The notes under the pieces were generated by a model. It had not been told where the DNA came from and searched no databases. It saw only the letters and a list, made by a program, of their open reading frames with translations. From an uncultured Gammaproteobacteria bacterium (GTDB lineage: Bacteria; Patescibacteriota; Patescibacteriia; 2-12-FULL-57-11): DNA of 64,000 nucleotides. The position numbers and the translations under genes are program-made. Shown here piece after piece: positions 30,572 through 40,220 of this stretch. The stretch covers positions 33,731 through 97,730 of the forward strand of contig CAZYLV010000003.1 of NCBI GenBank assembly GCA_964648865.1, given 5' to 3'. Every line of letters starts with the position of its first letter. Positions within the stretch are counted from its first letter, which is position 1.

Positions 30572-32382
30572 TGCGCATCGTCCGCGCCGTCCCCGCCTTG
30601 CGCCTGCCGCCGCGCATCGGCTGGCTGGATTATGCGTGCCCGGACGACGCGGCCGTGGCGCCGGGCGACGTGGTCTGGGTGCCGTTCCGCCGCCGGCAGG
30701 TGGCCGCGCTCCTGCTTGAGGAAGCGCGGACGAGCGCGGTGCCGACGGTCAAGCTCGCCGTCCTGCCCGAGGCGCTGCGTCCGCTCTCGCGTCTCGAGGC
30801 GCCGACGCTCCAGGCCTTCCGCGAGACGGCCGCGCTCTTCCATGCGCCCTTGCCCTGGCTGCTGGCCTCGACCCTGCCGACGGTCCCCCGCCGCGCGCTG
30901 CCGCTGCCGGAGAGCCTGCGGTCGGCCGAGCTTGGTGCCGGCTCCACTGGTGCGCTCGTGCGCCATCGCGGCGACGTCGTCGAACGCTACCTCGACGTGA
31001 TCCGGGAGACCGGCGCGGCCGCACGGCAGACGCTCATCGTGGTTCCGGACATCCTGCGCGGGACGGATCTGTGGGAGGCGTTTTCCCGGGCGCGGTTGTG
31101 CGTGGCCTTTTGTCATCACGAGCTCGCCGCCGGCGCGCGCTGGAAGGCGTGGAATGCGCTGGCCCGCCAGGAGGCGGACGCGCTGATCGTCACCAAGTCC
31201 GGAGTCTTCGCGCCTGCGCCGCTGCTCGGCCAGGTCATCGTCGACGGCGAGGACGACGCCGACCATGTGCAACGCGACGCCTTCCCCTACCTGGACGCAC
31301 GGGACGCCGCCGAGCGCCGCGCACGCCTGTCCCGCGCCGCGCTGCTGCTCGCCTCGGAGACGCCGCGCTTCGCGACGGCCTGGCGGGCGCGGGAGTCGCG
31401 GTGGGAGTCCACGGCGCCGCCCCCGGCACCGCCGGAGACGCGCTTGGTCCCGCTCCGGCAGGAGCCGATGGGATTCCGCCGGAGCCTGCTCTCCGGCGCC
31501 CTCCTGGACGCGGCCCGCGAGGCTGGACAGAGCGGAAAAAACGTGGTAGCGTTGCTCAACCGTACGGCCAACGCACGGAGCGTCTCCTGCGCCGATTGCG
31601 GCCTCGTCCTGCGCTGTCCCACGTGCGGACTGGCGCAGGCCGTGCGCGACGGTCGATTGGCCTGCGGCCGCTGCGCGACGCGCGTCGCCATGCCCGGATC
31701 CTGCCCGCGTTGCGGCGGCCAGCGGCTCACCGAGCGCGGCCCAGGCATCGATGCCGTGCGCACGGCGTTGGCCAGGGCGTTGCCGGAACTGCCGGTGCAT
31801 GCGCTGACCCGGGATCGCGACGTCCCTGCCGACGACGCGCCCGCGGTGTTCCTGACCACGGAGACGCTCTTCAAGAACGCCCGCGGCATCCTCTCCCGCC
31901 CCCTGGGCCTGGTGGCTGCGCTGGAAGCCGACACCGGCCTGCGTCTGCCCGAGTATCGAGCGGCAGAGCAGGCTTGGGCGCTCCTGGAGCGTCTGGCGAA
32001 CGTGGCCCGCCGCGCCGAGGCCCCGCTGCTGCTCCAGGCCTGGGAGCCGGACCATCCGGTGCTTGCGGCAGTGCAGAGCGGCAACCCTGCCGCGCTCGTC
32101 GCACAGGAACTGACGGACCGCAAAGCCTACGGTTATCCGCCGTTCGCCGCGCTCTGGACCCTCTACCCGACCTCGACCGCCGATGCGGCGGCTGCGACGC
32201 TGCGCCGCGCGCTCCCCGATGCCGACGTCTTCCCGATCGAACGCGCGGAGGGACGGCGCGCGGTCCGCGGACGTCCGGCGCTGCGCCTGCGCACCGCGGC
32301 TGCGGAACAAGACGTGCGTCGCGCCTTCGCGGCGCTGCCGCCGGACTGGATCGTCGAGCCCGAACCCGAACGGTTTTCCTGA
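30571..32382 (+). CDS. priA: PriA-like primosomal protein with degenerate helicase ATPase motifs
   Basis: 603 aa from the Met at a TGATG overlap. An N-terminal 3'-DNA-binding-domain-like region (GDVVWVPFRRRQVAALL) and the PriA Cys-rich Zn region (CADCG...CPTCG...CGRC...CPRCGG). Walker A is replaced by HRGDVVERYL and DEEH by DGEDDADH. Confidence 0.7.
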   Translation: MRIVRAVPALRLPPRIGWLDYACPDDAAVAPGDVVWVPFRRRQVAALLLEEARTSAVPTVKLAVLPEALRPLSRLEAPTLQAFRETAALFHAPLPWLLASTLPTVPRRALPLPESLRSAELGAGSTGALVRHRGDVVERYLDVIRETGAAARQTLIVVPDILRGTDLWEAFSRARLCVAFCHHELAAGARWKAWNALARQEADALIVTKSGVFAPAPLLGQVIVDGEDDADHVQRDAFPYLDARDAAERRARLSRAALLLASETPRFATAWRARESRWESTAPPPAPPETRLVPLRQEPMGFRRSLLSGALLDAAREAGQSGKNVVALLNRTANARSVSCADCGLVLRCPTCGLAQAVRDGRLACGRCATRVAMPGSCPRCGGQRLTERGPGIDAVRTALARALPELPVHALTRDRDVPADDAPAVFLTTETLFKNARGILSRPLGLVAALEADTGLRLPEYRAAEQAWALLERLANVARRAEAPLLLQAWEPDHPVLAAVQSGNPAALVAQELTDRKAYGYPPFAALWTLYPTSTADAAAATLRRALPDADVFPIERAEGRRAVRGRPALRLRTAAAEQDVRRAFAALPPDWIVEPEPERFS

Positions 32383-32383
32383 C

Positions 32384-32866
32384 ATGCCCAAGCGTCTGCC
32401 CATCATCGCGCTGCCGAACCCTGTCCTCCGCAAGAGGACGGCTTCGGTTCGTCCGGAGGAGATCGTCACGCCGGAGTTCCAGGCGTTCCTCGAGGACATG
32501 ACCAAGACGATGTTCGAGGCCGACGGCGTGGGGCTCGCCGCCAATCAAGTGGCCGTCTCCAGGCAGGTCACGGTCATCTCCACCAAGGACGGCCCGTTGG
32601 CGCTCATCAATCCGCGCGTCACCCGCATGTCCAAGAAGACGGAACGCGGCGAGGAGGGCTGCCTGTCCGTGCCCGGCGTCTGGGGACTCGTGGACCGCTC
32701 GGTGGAGCTCGACGTGGAGGCCCTCGGCCGTGACGGCACGCCGCTGTCCTTCACGGCCAAGGGCTTCTTCGCCCGCGTCATCCAGCACGAGACCGACCAC
32801 CTCAACGGGACGCTGTTCATCGACCGCGCGGTCGAGGTCCACGAGGCCGAGCCGCGCGACGCCTGA
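32384..32866 (+). CDS. def: peptide deformylase
   Basis: 160 aa. Motifs GVGLAANQV, EGCLSVPG and QHETDHLNG. Confidence 0.94.
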   Translation: MPKRLPIIALPNPVLRKRTASVRPEEIVTPEFQAFLEDMTKTMFEADGVGLAANQVAVSRQVTVISTKDGPLALINPRVTRMSKKTERGEEGCLSVPGVWGLVDRSVELDVEALGRDGTPLSFTAKGFFARVIQHETDHLNGTLFIDRAVEVHEAEPRDA

Positions 32867-32869
32867 GCC

Positions 32870-33805
32870 ATGCGCATCGTCTTTTGGGGGACCTCGACCT
32901 TCGCCGTCCCGGCCTTGCGCGCGCTGCACGCCGCTGATGGCGTCGAGCTCGTCGCCGTGGTCACCCAACCGGACAAGCCGCACGGCCGTCATGGCGACAT
33001 CCTGCCGGGCCCCGTGGCCGCCGCCGCGCGAGAGCTCGGCCTGACGCTGCTCCAGCCGGAGACCGTGAGGGACGAGACGCTCCGGCAGACGCTCGAGGAT
33101 GCGGCGCCCGACGTCGCGGTCGTGGCCGCCTACGGCCGCATCATCCCGGAGGCGCTGCTGGCGATCCCGCGGCTGGGCACGCTCAACATCCACCCGTCAT
33201 TGCTGCCCCGCTGGCGCGGTCCCTCACCCATCCAGGCGGCCATCGCGCACGGCGACGCCGAGACCGGGGTGAGCATCATGCTGCTCGACGCCGAGATGGA
33301 CCACGGTCCCCTGCTCGCGCAGCGCCGCGTCCCGCTCTCCGGGACCGAACGGTACCCCACGCTCGAGACGCACCTTGCCGAGGTCGGGGCCGCGCTGCTC
33401 TTGGAGACGGTCCCGCGGTACGTCTCAGGCGGACTGCGACCCGTGTCGCAGGACCACGACCAGGCCGTCTTCTGCGGCATGCTGGACCGGGACAGCGGCC
33501 GCGTGGACTGGAGCGCGTCCGCCGTCTCCATCGCCCGTCTCGACCGTGCCTACGATCCGTGGCCCGGCATCTGGACCGAGTGGACCGACGGCACGGCGAC
33601 GCTGCGCGTCAAGCTCTTCGATGCGCGCGTCGAGGACGTGGTCGCCGACTTGGGAGCCCTGTCGCAGCGGCAGGACCGGCTCCTCGTGGGAGCCCATGCG
33701 GAATCCGTGTCCTTCGGCGAACTGCAGGTCGAAGGCAAGAAGCGCCTGACCCTCACGGAGCTGCTGCGCGGGATGCCGATGTTCCTGGACGGACGGTTCC
33801 GCTGA
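32870..33805 (+). CDS. fmt: methionyl-tRNA formyltransferase
   Basis: 311 aa. An N-terminal formyltransferase domain (..LNIHPSLLPRWRG..) and a C-terminal domain. The def-fmt order supports the call. Confidence 0.93.
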   Translation: MRIVFWGTSTFAVPALRALHAADGVELVAVVTQPDKPHGRHGDILPGPVAAAARELGLTLLQPETVRDETLRQTLEDAAPDVAVVAAYGRIIPEALLAIPRLGTLNIHPSLLPRWRGPSPIQAAIAHGDAETGVSIMLLDAEMDHGPLLAQRRVPLSGTERYPTLETHLAEVGAALLLETVPRYVSGGLRPVSQDHDQAVFCGMLDRDSGRVDWSASAVSIARLDRAYDPWPGIWTEWTDGTATLRVKLFDARVEDVVADLGALSQRQDRLLVGAHAESVSFGELQVEGKKRLTLTELLRGMPMFLDGRFR

Positions 33806-35243
33806 TCCCGTACGCCAACAGCAGCACGCCTATCCCCAACGGATGGTTGAGCCACGGCGAGAGCAGATGCGCTCCCGCGGTGCCGAGCACGGCCAGGCCC
33901 AAACCGATATGCAGCCACGGACCGTCAGGGTCCGTTTTTGCCGCCTGCCAGGAGCGCCATAAGACCACGCAAAGGAAGAAGGCGAAGGCGATCGGACCGA
34001 CGAGACCCATCTTCAACCAGAAGTCCAGCCAGCCCCACTCGAAGGCGCTGGTCGTGTAATTGCCGTCAGGGAAATACGCGAGCAGACGCGGGTCACGCGT
34101 CACGTACGTCAGCTCCTTGCCGAAGCCGTGGCCGAGCAGCGGCTGCTCACGGATCGCCGGCCACATCACCCGCAGCAGGTTCATGCGGCTGTCGGCCGCG
34201 GGCTCGCCGGCGACCGCGCCGACGCGAGAGAACGCCGCGCCGCTCACCGAGCGCGAGAGCAGGAACGGCAACCCGATGCCCAACGCGGCGAACACGAGCA
34301 GGGCGAGCAGGTACGCGCCGAGCTTGGGACGCGTGACATGCCATGCGGCGACGGTCAGCGCGCCGAGCGCGGCGGCGACGGCGGCCGCGAGCCAGAAGGT
34401 CCGCGAGAAGGAGACGAAGACCACGGCGGCCGCGAGGATGCCCGAGACCTCGATGATGAGGCGGTTCGGCAGCGTCGGATCGCCTGGCGCCGCGCGGTCA
34501 CGCTCGGTGCGGGCGGCGACGTACAGCGCCGGTGCCATCAGGAACACGGCGAAGGTCCAGAGATGCGCCTGGAAGAAGACACGATAGAACCCGCCGGGCG
34601 CGCGCGTGATTTCCCCGAAGCCGAAATCGCGGATCCAGACGTACGAGGCGCGCAGCACCGGCTCCGGCGTCGCGTGGGTGTAGAGGAAGAACAGCAGCAG
34701 CGTCTGCACGGCACCGGCGGCGACCGCGCCGAGGACCGCGGAGAGGAGCATGGCGCGATCTTTGGCGTTCCGCAGCGCCAAGACGTACGTCGGCAGGAGC
34801 AGCAGGTACAGGTAGGCGTTGAGGTCCGAGAACACCCGGCCGAACGGCCGCTGCGTGAGGCCCCACGTCGCGCCCCAGGCCACGGCTGCGGCAAGCAGGA
34901 GCGTGGCCGGATGACGCAGGACGGGCGTGAGATGCCGCCGCAGGTCGGGGCGGCGCAGCTCCCAGGCCGTTGCCGCGAGCGCGACCGCGAACAGCACCAT
35001 GCGGACCGAGAGCCCTCCCCAGGGAAGGACGAAGCTCCGGCCCAAGGACCCTGCCGCGAGCTCCACGAGGACGACGGCCGTCCCGAGCGCGAATGACCGA
35101 CGGTACAGGAGCGCGGCCACGCCGGCCACGACGACGACGCCCACCGGCTCCAGCCCCCGCGCCTGCGAAGCGCCGAAGGAGGCGAGAAGCGCGAGGGACG
35201 TCGCCCCGAACGCGAGGAGATAGGGTCGCAGGGGAACCGTCAT
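33753..35243 (-). CDS. O-antigen ligase (Wzy_C) family polytopic membrane protein
   Basis: Internal Met of track ORF 33753..35285. About 12 TM segments and a Wzy_C-like loop (..RMNLLRVMWPAIREQPLLGHGFG..). Confidence 0.75.
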   Translation of the reverse strand: MTVPLRPYLLAFGATSLALLASFGASQARGLEPVGVVVVAGVAALLYRRSFALGTAVVLVELAAGSLGRSFVLPWGGLSVRMVLFAVALAATAWELRRPDLRRHLTPVLRHPATLLLAAAVAWGATWGLTQRPFGRVFSDLNAYLYLLLLPTYVLALRNAKDRAMLLSAVLGAVAAGAVQTLLLFFLYTHATPEPVLRASYVWIRDFGFGEITRAPGGFYRVFFQAHLWTFAVFLMAPALYVAARTERDRAAPGDPTLPNRLIIEVSGILAAAVVFVSFSRTFWLAAAVAAALGALTVAAWHVTRPKLGAYLLALLVFAALGIGLPFLLSRSVSGAAFSRVGAVAGEPAADSRMNLLRVMWPAIREQPLLGHGFGKELTYVTRDPRLLAYFPDGNYTTSAFEWGWLDFWLKMGLVGPIAFAFFLCVVLWRSWQAAKTDPDGPWLHIGLGLAVLGTAGAHLLSPWLNHPLGIGVLLLAYGISGTVRPGTSASRAAAP

Positions 35244-36109
35244 GCGTAGGTGGAACGCTTCATGCCGAGCATGCCGATGCCCCAAGCCAGAAGCATTGCC
35301 ACGGGGTGCAGGAGACGGACCAGGGCCCAGGCGAACGGTCCGTGATGCTTGCGCATGTACGCGGCCAGGCTCGCGTCATAGAAGCGTTGGCGCTGCGGCG
35401 CGAAGACCTGGGCGAAGCTCTGCCCGCCATGATGGATGACGGCCGTCTCCGCGTCGTACCAGACCTCCAGTCCGGCGTCGACCGCTTGCTTGCACCAGTC
35501 GACTTCCTCGAACCAGATGAAGTAGCGCTCATCCAGGGGCCCCAGGCGGTCCAGGCCGACGCGCGTCATCAGGAAGGCCGCGCCGATGACCTGCTCGGCC
35601 CGTTGCGTCTTGGCGTAGTCGAAGCCGTCGCGGAAATACCGCCGCAGGAACGGGAGGGAACGCGAGACGTGCTGCAGCTTGAGCATGATCATGGCCTGAT
35701 CGGCGGGGCGCGGGAAGTCCAGCACCGATCGCTGCGTGCTGCGGTCCGCGTTGAGCACGTGGCAGCCGACCACGGCGGCCTGCGGATGCGCGTCCGCGAA
35801 CCGTACCAGCGCGGCCGGCGCATCCTCGATGAGCTCGGTGTCCGGATTGAGGAGCAGCACGTGGCGGCCGGACGCCGTGCGGATGCCTTGGTTGCATGCG
35901 GCGGCGAATCCCCTGTTTTCGGCGTTGCCGATGAAGCGGACCTCAGGGAACGAGCGGCGCAGTTCGTCGCCGAGACCGTCGCCGCTGGCGTTGTCGATGA
36001 CCAGGGTCTCATGCGGGACACGCACATGCGCACGGATGGAGGCCAACAGCCGCAACACCAACGGCTTGACCCTGTAATTGACGATGACGATGGAGACCTC
36101 AGGCGTCAT
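35240..36109 (-). CDS. family 2 glycosyltransferase
   Basis: 289 aa from the internal Met (MTPEVSIVIVNYR). GT2 motifs (VIDNASGDG, DTE...). A 4-nt overlap with the ligase gene. Confidence 0.8.
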   Translation of the reverse strand: MTPEVSIVIVNYRVKPLVLRLLASIRAHVRVPHETLVIDNASGDGLGDELRRSFPEVRFIGNAENRGFAAACNQGIRTASGRHVLLLNPDTELIEDAPAALVRFADAHPQAAVVGCHVLNADRSTQRSVLDFPRPADQAMIMLKLQHVSRSLPFLRRYFRDGFDYAKTQRAEQVIGAAFLMTRVGLDRLGPLDERYFIWFEEVDWCKQAVDAGLEVWYDAETAVIHHGGQSFAQVFAPQRQRFYDASLAAYMRKHHGPFAWALVRLLHPVAMLLAWGIGMLGMKRSTYA

Positions 36110-36801
36110 AGGCGTCCGGCCCGCAGGGATTCCTTGAACGCCAACCAGACGTCCGAGACGCGCCAGGGCAGCCGGTGCTTGCGGCGGATGCGCGCCGTGG
36201 CCCTGAGCCGCGAGAGGCCGCCGCGTCGGCTCATGGTCCCCTCGCTCCGCACGCGGAACAGCACCTCCGGCACGCCGACGCCGACCTTCCCCTGCCCAAT
36301 CATGGTCAGCCACAGGTCCCAGTCCTGGAAACGTTCGAGCGACGCGTCGAATCCCGGGAAGTCGCGGCGACGGATGAGCGACATGGTGCTGATGAAGTTG
36401 TTGCGTCGCACCGCCGCCGCATCGAAGGGCCGCATGCCGAAGGCCTTGCCGCCCCACTCGAAGCCGCAGTACGCGAAGGCGGCCTCCGGATGCGCGGCGA
36501 GCGCCGCCGTGAGCCGCTCCAGCAGGCGCGGGTCGAGGGCCAGGTCGGCGTCGCAGAAGAAGAGCAGCTCTCCCGTCGCCATGCCGGCGCCGACGTTGCG
36601 TGCCGCGGCCGCGCCGCAGTGCGGCACGCTGCGCACCGCGGCACCGGCAGCGCGCGCGATGTCGGGCGTGCCGTCGGTGGAACCGTCGTCGACGACGATG
36701 ACCTCGTCGGCCCGTCGCGTCTGCGCCTGGACGCTCGCCAAGCAGGCGCCGAGCGTCTCCGCGGCGTCATGGGCCGGCACGATCACGCTGATGCGCTCCA
36801 T
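36106..36801 (-). CDS. family 2 glycosyltransferase
   Basis: 231 aa from the internal Met (MERISVIVPAHD). A DDGSTDGT motif and an FFCDADL (DxD-like) motif. Confidence 0.8.
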   Translation of the reverse strand: MERISVIVPAHDAAETLGACLASVQAQTRRADEVIVVDDGSTDGTPDIARAAGAAVRSVPHCGAAAARNVGAGMATGELLFFCDADLALDPRLLERLTAALAAHPEAAFAYCGFEWGGKAFGMRPFDAAAVRRNNFISTMSLIRRRDFPGFDASLERFQDWDLWLTMIGQGKVGVGVPEVLFRVRSEGTMSRRGGLSRLRATARIRRKHRLPWRVSDVWLAFKESLRAGRL

Positions 36802-37886
36802 AGCCGGTTCCAGGCGTCGACGAGCGGTTGGATGGCGTGGATGTAGCGGAAGCGCTCGGCGACGCGGCGGCGCCCCGTCTCGCCGAGCAGCGCGGCGTAG
36901 GCAGGGTCGCGCCACAGCGCGAGCAGGGCCTGGGCGATGGCGTTGGGGTCCTTGCCGTCAACGAGCAGGCCGGTCTCCTTGTCGAGCACCGCCTCGCCCA
37001 CCCCACCGCCGACGCCGGCGACCACGGCCTTGCCGAAGCCCGCCGCCTCGATGAACACGATGCCGAAGCCCTCGGGGTCGGCATCCGAGCTCTGCGTGGG
37101 AAGCGCGAAGAAGGCGCACTGCGCGAAGAGCGTCCGCAGCTCGTCGTCCGTCGCCGAACGGACCTCGACCGCGTCCTCAAGCCCGAGATGCGCACGGTCG
37201 TCGAGCACCTCGGCGCGTTCCGGACCGTCGCCGACCATGACCAGCCGGAAGTCCGGCGCCTCCGCGCGGAGCTGCGCCACGGCCCGCAGCAGCGTGCGGA
37301 AGCCCTTGCGCGGCACCATGCGGCCGGCCGCGAGCACGAAGCGTCGCGCCGGCGGCGGCTCGTCGCCCTTGGGATCCACGGCCGGACAGGGATAGACGAC
37401 GACGCCGTCCTTGAGCGGAGCCAGCGCCTTGGCCCGGGAGAGCGTGTACTCGCTGTTGGCGACGACGATGTCGGCGTCGCCGAGCACCCGGGCCGCCAGG
37501 GAGCGCTTGCGCGGCTGCAGCTCGGCACGGGCGATGTCCAGCCCGTGCACGAAGACCACGGTCTTCTTCTTGGAGAGGCGCGACGCCAGCCAGGCGGCGG
37601 TACCGTACGGCAAGAGGTGGCTGGCGGCGTAGGCGTCGCCGGAGACGTCCGCTTGGAGACGCAGGAGCGCGGGGACCAGCCCGATCCAGCGCGGCACCAG
37701 CCACCGGCTGCGGAACGGCGCGGGCACGACCGGGAACGGCGCCACAGCCTTCTCCGCCAGGTCCGGCGGCGCCAGAAGGCGGACGTCGGCGTACGTGCAG
37801 AAGGCCTCCAAGACGCCGTGCAGGTAGTTGGCGACGCCGCCGCGCACCGGAGGGTATTCGTCGCTGATGACGAGGAGACGCTTCAT
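36783..37886 (-). CDS. family 4 (GT-B) glycosyltransferase
   Basis: 367 aa from the Met (MKRLLVISDEYPP). C-terminal GT4 signature (..EGFGIVFIEAAGFGKAVVAG..). Confidence 0.85.
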   Translation of the reverse strand: MKRLLVISDEYPPVRGGVANYLHGVLEAFCTYADVRLLAPPDLAEKAVAPFPVVPAPFRSRWLVPRWIGLVPALLRLQADVSGDAYAASHLLPYGTAAWLASRLSKKKTVVFVHGLDIARAELQPRKRSLAARVLGDADIVVANSEYTLSRAKALAPLKDGVVVYPCPAVDPKGDEPPPARRFVLAAGRMVPRKGFRTLLRAVAQLRAEAPDFRLVMVGDGPERAEVLDDRAHLGLEDAVEVRSATDDELRTLFAQCAFFALPTQSSDADPEGFGIVFIEAAGFGKAVVAGVGGGVGEAVLDKETGLLVDGKDPNAIAQALLALWRDPAYAALLGETGRRRVAERFRYIHAIQPLVDAWNRLWSASA

Positions 37887-39346
37887 AGGGGCTGGGTCGG
37901 CTCGCCGGTCCGGCGGACGCTGCGCAGGAAGGCGGCCCAATCGTCCCCGGTGACGACACGCAGCACCCGGACGCAGAGCGCGTAGGCGGCCGCGCCGAGG
38001 ACGACCGAGAGCGGCAGCGGCAACGCACCGGACGTGAGCGTGACGAGAAGCCCCATGGCCGCGGCGGCCAGCGCGATGCGCGCCACGAGCGACGGCAGGG
38101 CATGGAGCGCCTTGCCCAGGTAGCGTGCCGTGGCCAGGAAGTCCATGAGGAACAAGGCGGCGTTCGAGGCGGCGAAGGCCAGGGCCGCGCCGACCACGCC
38201 GAAGCGCGGGATGAGCGCGACGTTGAGCGCGACGTTGAGGGCGGTCGTGACCCCTCGGTGCACGGAGCTGCGCTTCTCCATGCCGATGGCGTTCAAGAGC
38301 GATCCGGTGGGATACGAAAGGAAGACCACCGGCAGCGCCGCGACCATGATCAGGAAGGGCATGCGCGCGTCCCCGTACTGCGGCCAGATCGTCGTCAGGA
38401 TGTCGTCGGTGAGCACGAAGAGCCCAACGGCCATCGGCAACACGACCATGAGCAGATAGGCGAAGCTCCGCTCGAAGAGCGCGGCCAACCGCTCACGGGC
38501 ATGCGCCGCGTAGTTGGACATCGAGGGGTAGATGGCCGTGGCGAAGGCGCCGGGCACCAGCGTCTGCAGTGCCGTCGTGACCTTCGCCGGGATGGCGTAG
38601 ATGCCGACGTCGCGCTCCGTGGCGAGGAAGAGCAGCAGCACCGAGTCGGCCACGTTGTAGACCTTCTGGAAGACGTTCGAGGCGGCGAAGGCCGGGAGCA
38701 TGCGCAGCAGGTGCCGGGCGCGCGCCGGGTGGAAGTCCGGATGCACGACGGTGCCGAACTGCCGCGCGCCCATCGAGAACAGGAAGACGGCGTTGACGCC
38801 GCTCGCGGCGGCCAGCGCGCACATCAGCCAGAAGGGATCGCGCGTGGCAAGGAGCGCCGTCGTCCCGAGGGCCAGCGTCACGCTCTGGAAGAACAGCAGC
38901 GCAAGGGCCTCGACCCAGACCATCTGCCGCGCCCGGAAGAGCGCGTAGAAGACCATGGCGACGGCGTCGAACAGCAGGATGGCCGATGCCGGCGCCAGGA
39001 TGCGCAGCAGCTCCGGCGAGCTGCCCCGCCCGAGCATCACCAGCCAAAGCACGATGAGCGTGACCACGACCAGCGGGAGCTTGACGGCCAAGGCGGTGCG
39101 CACCAGGGGGACGGCCTCCTGCTCATGCTTGGCGGCCTCGCGGGTCAGGAGCGGCAGGAGCCCGAGGTCGGTGCCGACCTGCGCCAGGGAGACCACGGAG
39201 AGGACCCCGATGTAGGCGCCGAGCGTCTCCGGCGGCAGCTGGCTCGAAAGCAGCCAAAAGTAGCCGAAGGAGATGACCTTCTGGCCGACGACGGCCCCGG
39301 TGTACCAGAGCGTGTTGCGCACGATGCTGCCGGCGGAATGGGCCAT
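37883..39346 (-). CDS. Wzx-type oligosaccharide flippase (MOP superfamily polysaccharide biosynthesis protein)
   Basis: About 487 aa from the Met (MAHSAG..RNTLWY.. is a typical Wzx N-terminus). About 12-14 TM helices. Overlaps the GT4 start by 4 nt. Confidence 0.8.
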   Translation of the reverse strand: MAHSAGSIVRNTLWYTGAVVGQKVISFGYFWLLSSQLPPETLGAYIGVLSVVSLAQVGTDLGLLPLLTREAAKHEQEAVPLVRTALAVKLPLVVVTLIVLWLVMLGRGSSPELLRILAPASAILLFDAVAMVFYALFRARQMVWVEALALLFFQSVTLALGTTALLATRDPFWLMCALAAASGVNAVFLFSMGARQFGTVVHPDFHPARARHLLRMLPAFAASNVFQKVYNVADSVLLLFLATERDVGIYAIPAKVTTALQTLVPGAFATAIYPSMSNYAAHARERLAALFERSFAYLLMVVLPMAVGLFVLTDDILTTIWPQYGDARMPFLIMVAALPVVFLSYPTGSLLNAIGMEKRSSVHRGVTTALNVALNVALIPRFGVVGAALAFAASNAALFLMDFLATARYLGKALHALPSLVARIALAAAAMGLLVTLTSGALPLPLSVVLGAAAYALCVRVLRVVTGDDWAAFLRSVRRTGEPTQPL

Positions 39347-39435
39347 TGGGGAGGCGGGTTTCCCGATGATTTTCGCAGATTGCGGCGGCATTGACAAACG
39401 CGGCCCGAGCAGGTAGGACGTGTCCGAGGAGAAGC

Positions 39436-39645
39436 ATGAAGAGGACTGCGATCCCGCTCGAGGTCAGCATCCGGTTCCGCTGCCGCGCCGGCACGGGATG
39501 CCCGGTCGAGAAGGCGACCACCGACGCGCGAGACGAGCACGACCTGCTCACCGTCATCGCCGAAGCGCGGCGGCTCCGTCTGTTCTGCGGCCACTGCGGC
39601 TGCCAGGACATCGAGAACGAGATCACCATCCGACGAAAGTCGTGA
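39436..39645 (+). CDS. small Cys-rich (CxxxxxC ... CxxC) zinc-ribbon-like protein, 69 aa, divergent from wzx
   Basis: Internal ATG of track ORF 39391..39645 with GAGGAG 6 nt upstream. A consensus -35 TTGACA sits at ~39391-39396. A stem-loop plus T-run follows the stop. No family recognised. Confidence 0.35.
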   Translation: MKRTAIPLEVSIRFRCRAGTGCPVEKATTDARDEHDLLTVIAEARRLRLFCGHCGCQDIENEITIRRKS

Positions 39646-39693
39646 CGCGGACGCGAAAGCCGCTCCCCTCCCGGGAAGCGGCTCTTTTCTTTC

Positions 39694-40218
39694 CTAGCGC
39701 TTGGAGAACTGCGGAGCGCGGCGGGCGGACTTGAGCCCGTACTTCTTGCGTTCCTTGACGCGCGCATCGCGCGTGAGGTAGCCCATCTTGCGCATCGTCG
39801 GCCGGAGCGCGTCGCTCATCTCCGTGAGCGCGCGGGCGATGCCGAGACGCACCGCCTCGGCCTGGCCGCGGATGCCGCCGCCCTTGACCAGCACGGAGAC
39901 GTCGAGGTTGGCGTCCTGGGCAGCCGCCTTGAGCGGGCCGAGCACGGTCCACTGCAGCTCCTCGACCGTGAAATAGCCCTCGTACGGCTTGCCGTTGACG
40001 ACGATCTTGCCCGTCCCCTTGCCGACGCGGACCTGGGCGACGGCCTCCTTGCGGCGGCCGATGGCACGGACGGTACCTTCCGCCGTGAGGACGACCGGGG
40101 CGGCCTCCTGCTCGGTCTTCGGCGCCTCGACCTTCTTTGTCACGGCAGGCTTCTTGGCCGCGCGCGGCGCGACGGCCTTCCTCGCCGCGGGCTTCTTGGC
40201 TGCGGTCTTCTTTTCCAT
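39694..40218 (-). CDS. rpsI: 30S ribosomal protein S9 with a ~55-aa Lys/Ala/Pro-rich N-terminal extension
   Basis: The C-terminus (..GGGIRGQAEAVRLGIARAL.. ..KKYGLKSARRAPQFSKR) is canonical S9. The extension is visible in the sequence. Confidence 0.93.
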   Translation of the reverse strand: MEKKTAAKKPAARKAVAPRAAKKPAVTKKVEAPKTEQEAAPVVLTAEGTVRAIGRRKEAVAQVRVGKGTGKIVVNGKPYEGYFTVEELQWTVLGPLKAAAQDANLDVSVLVKGGGIRGQAEAVRLGIARALTEMSDALRPTMRKMGYLTRDARVKERKKYGLKSARRAPQFSKR

Positions 40219-40220
40219 AA

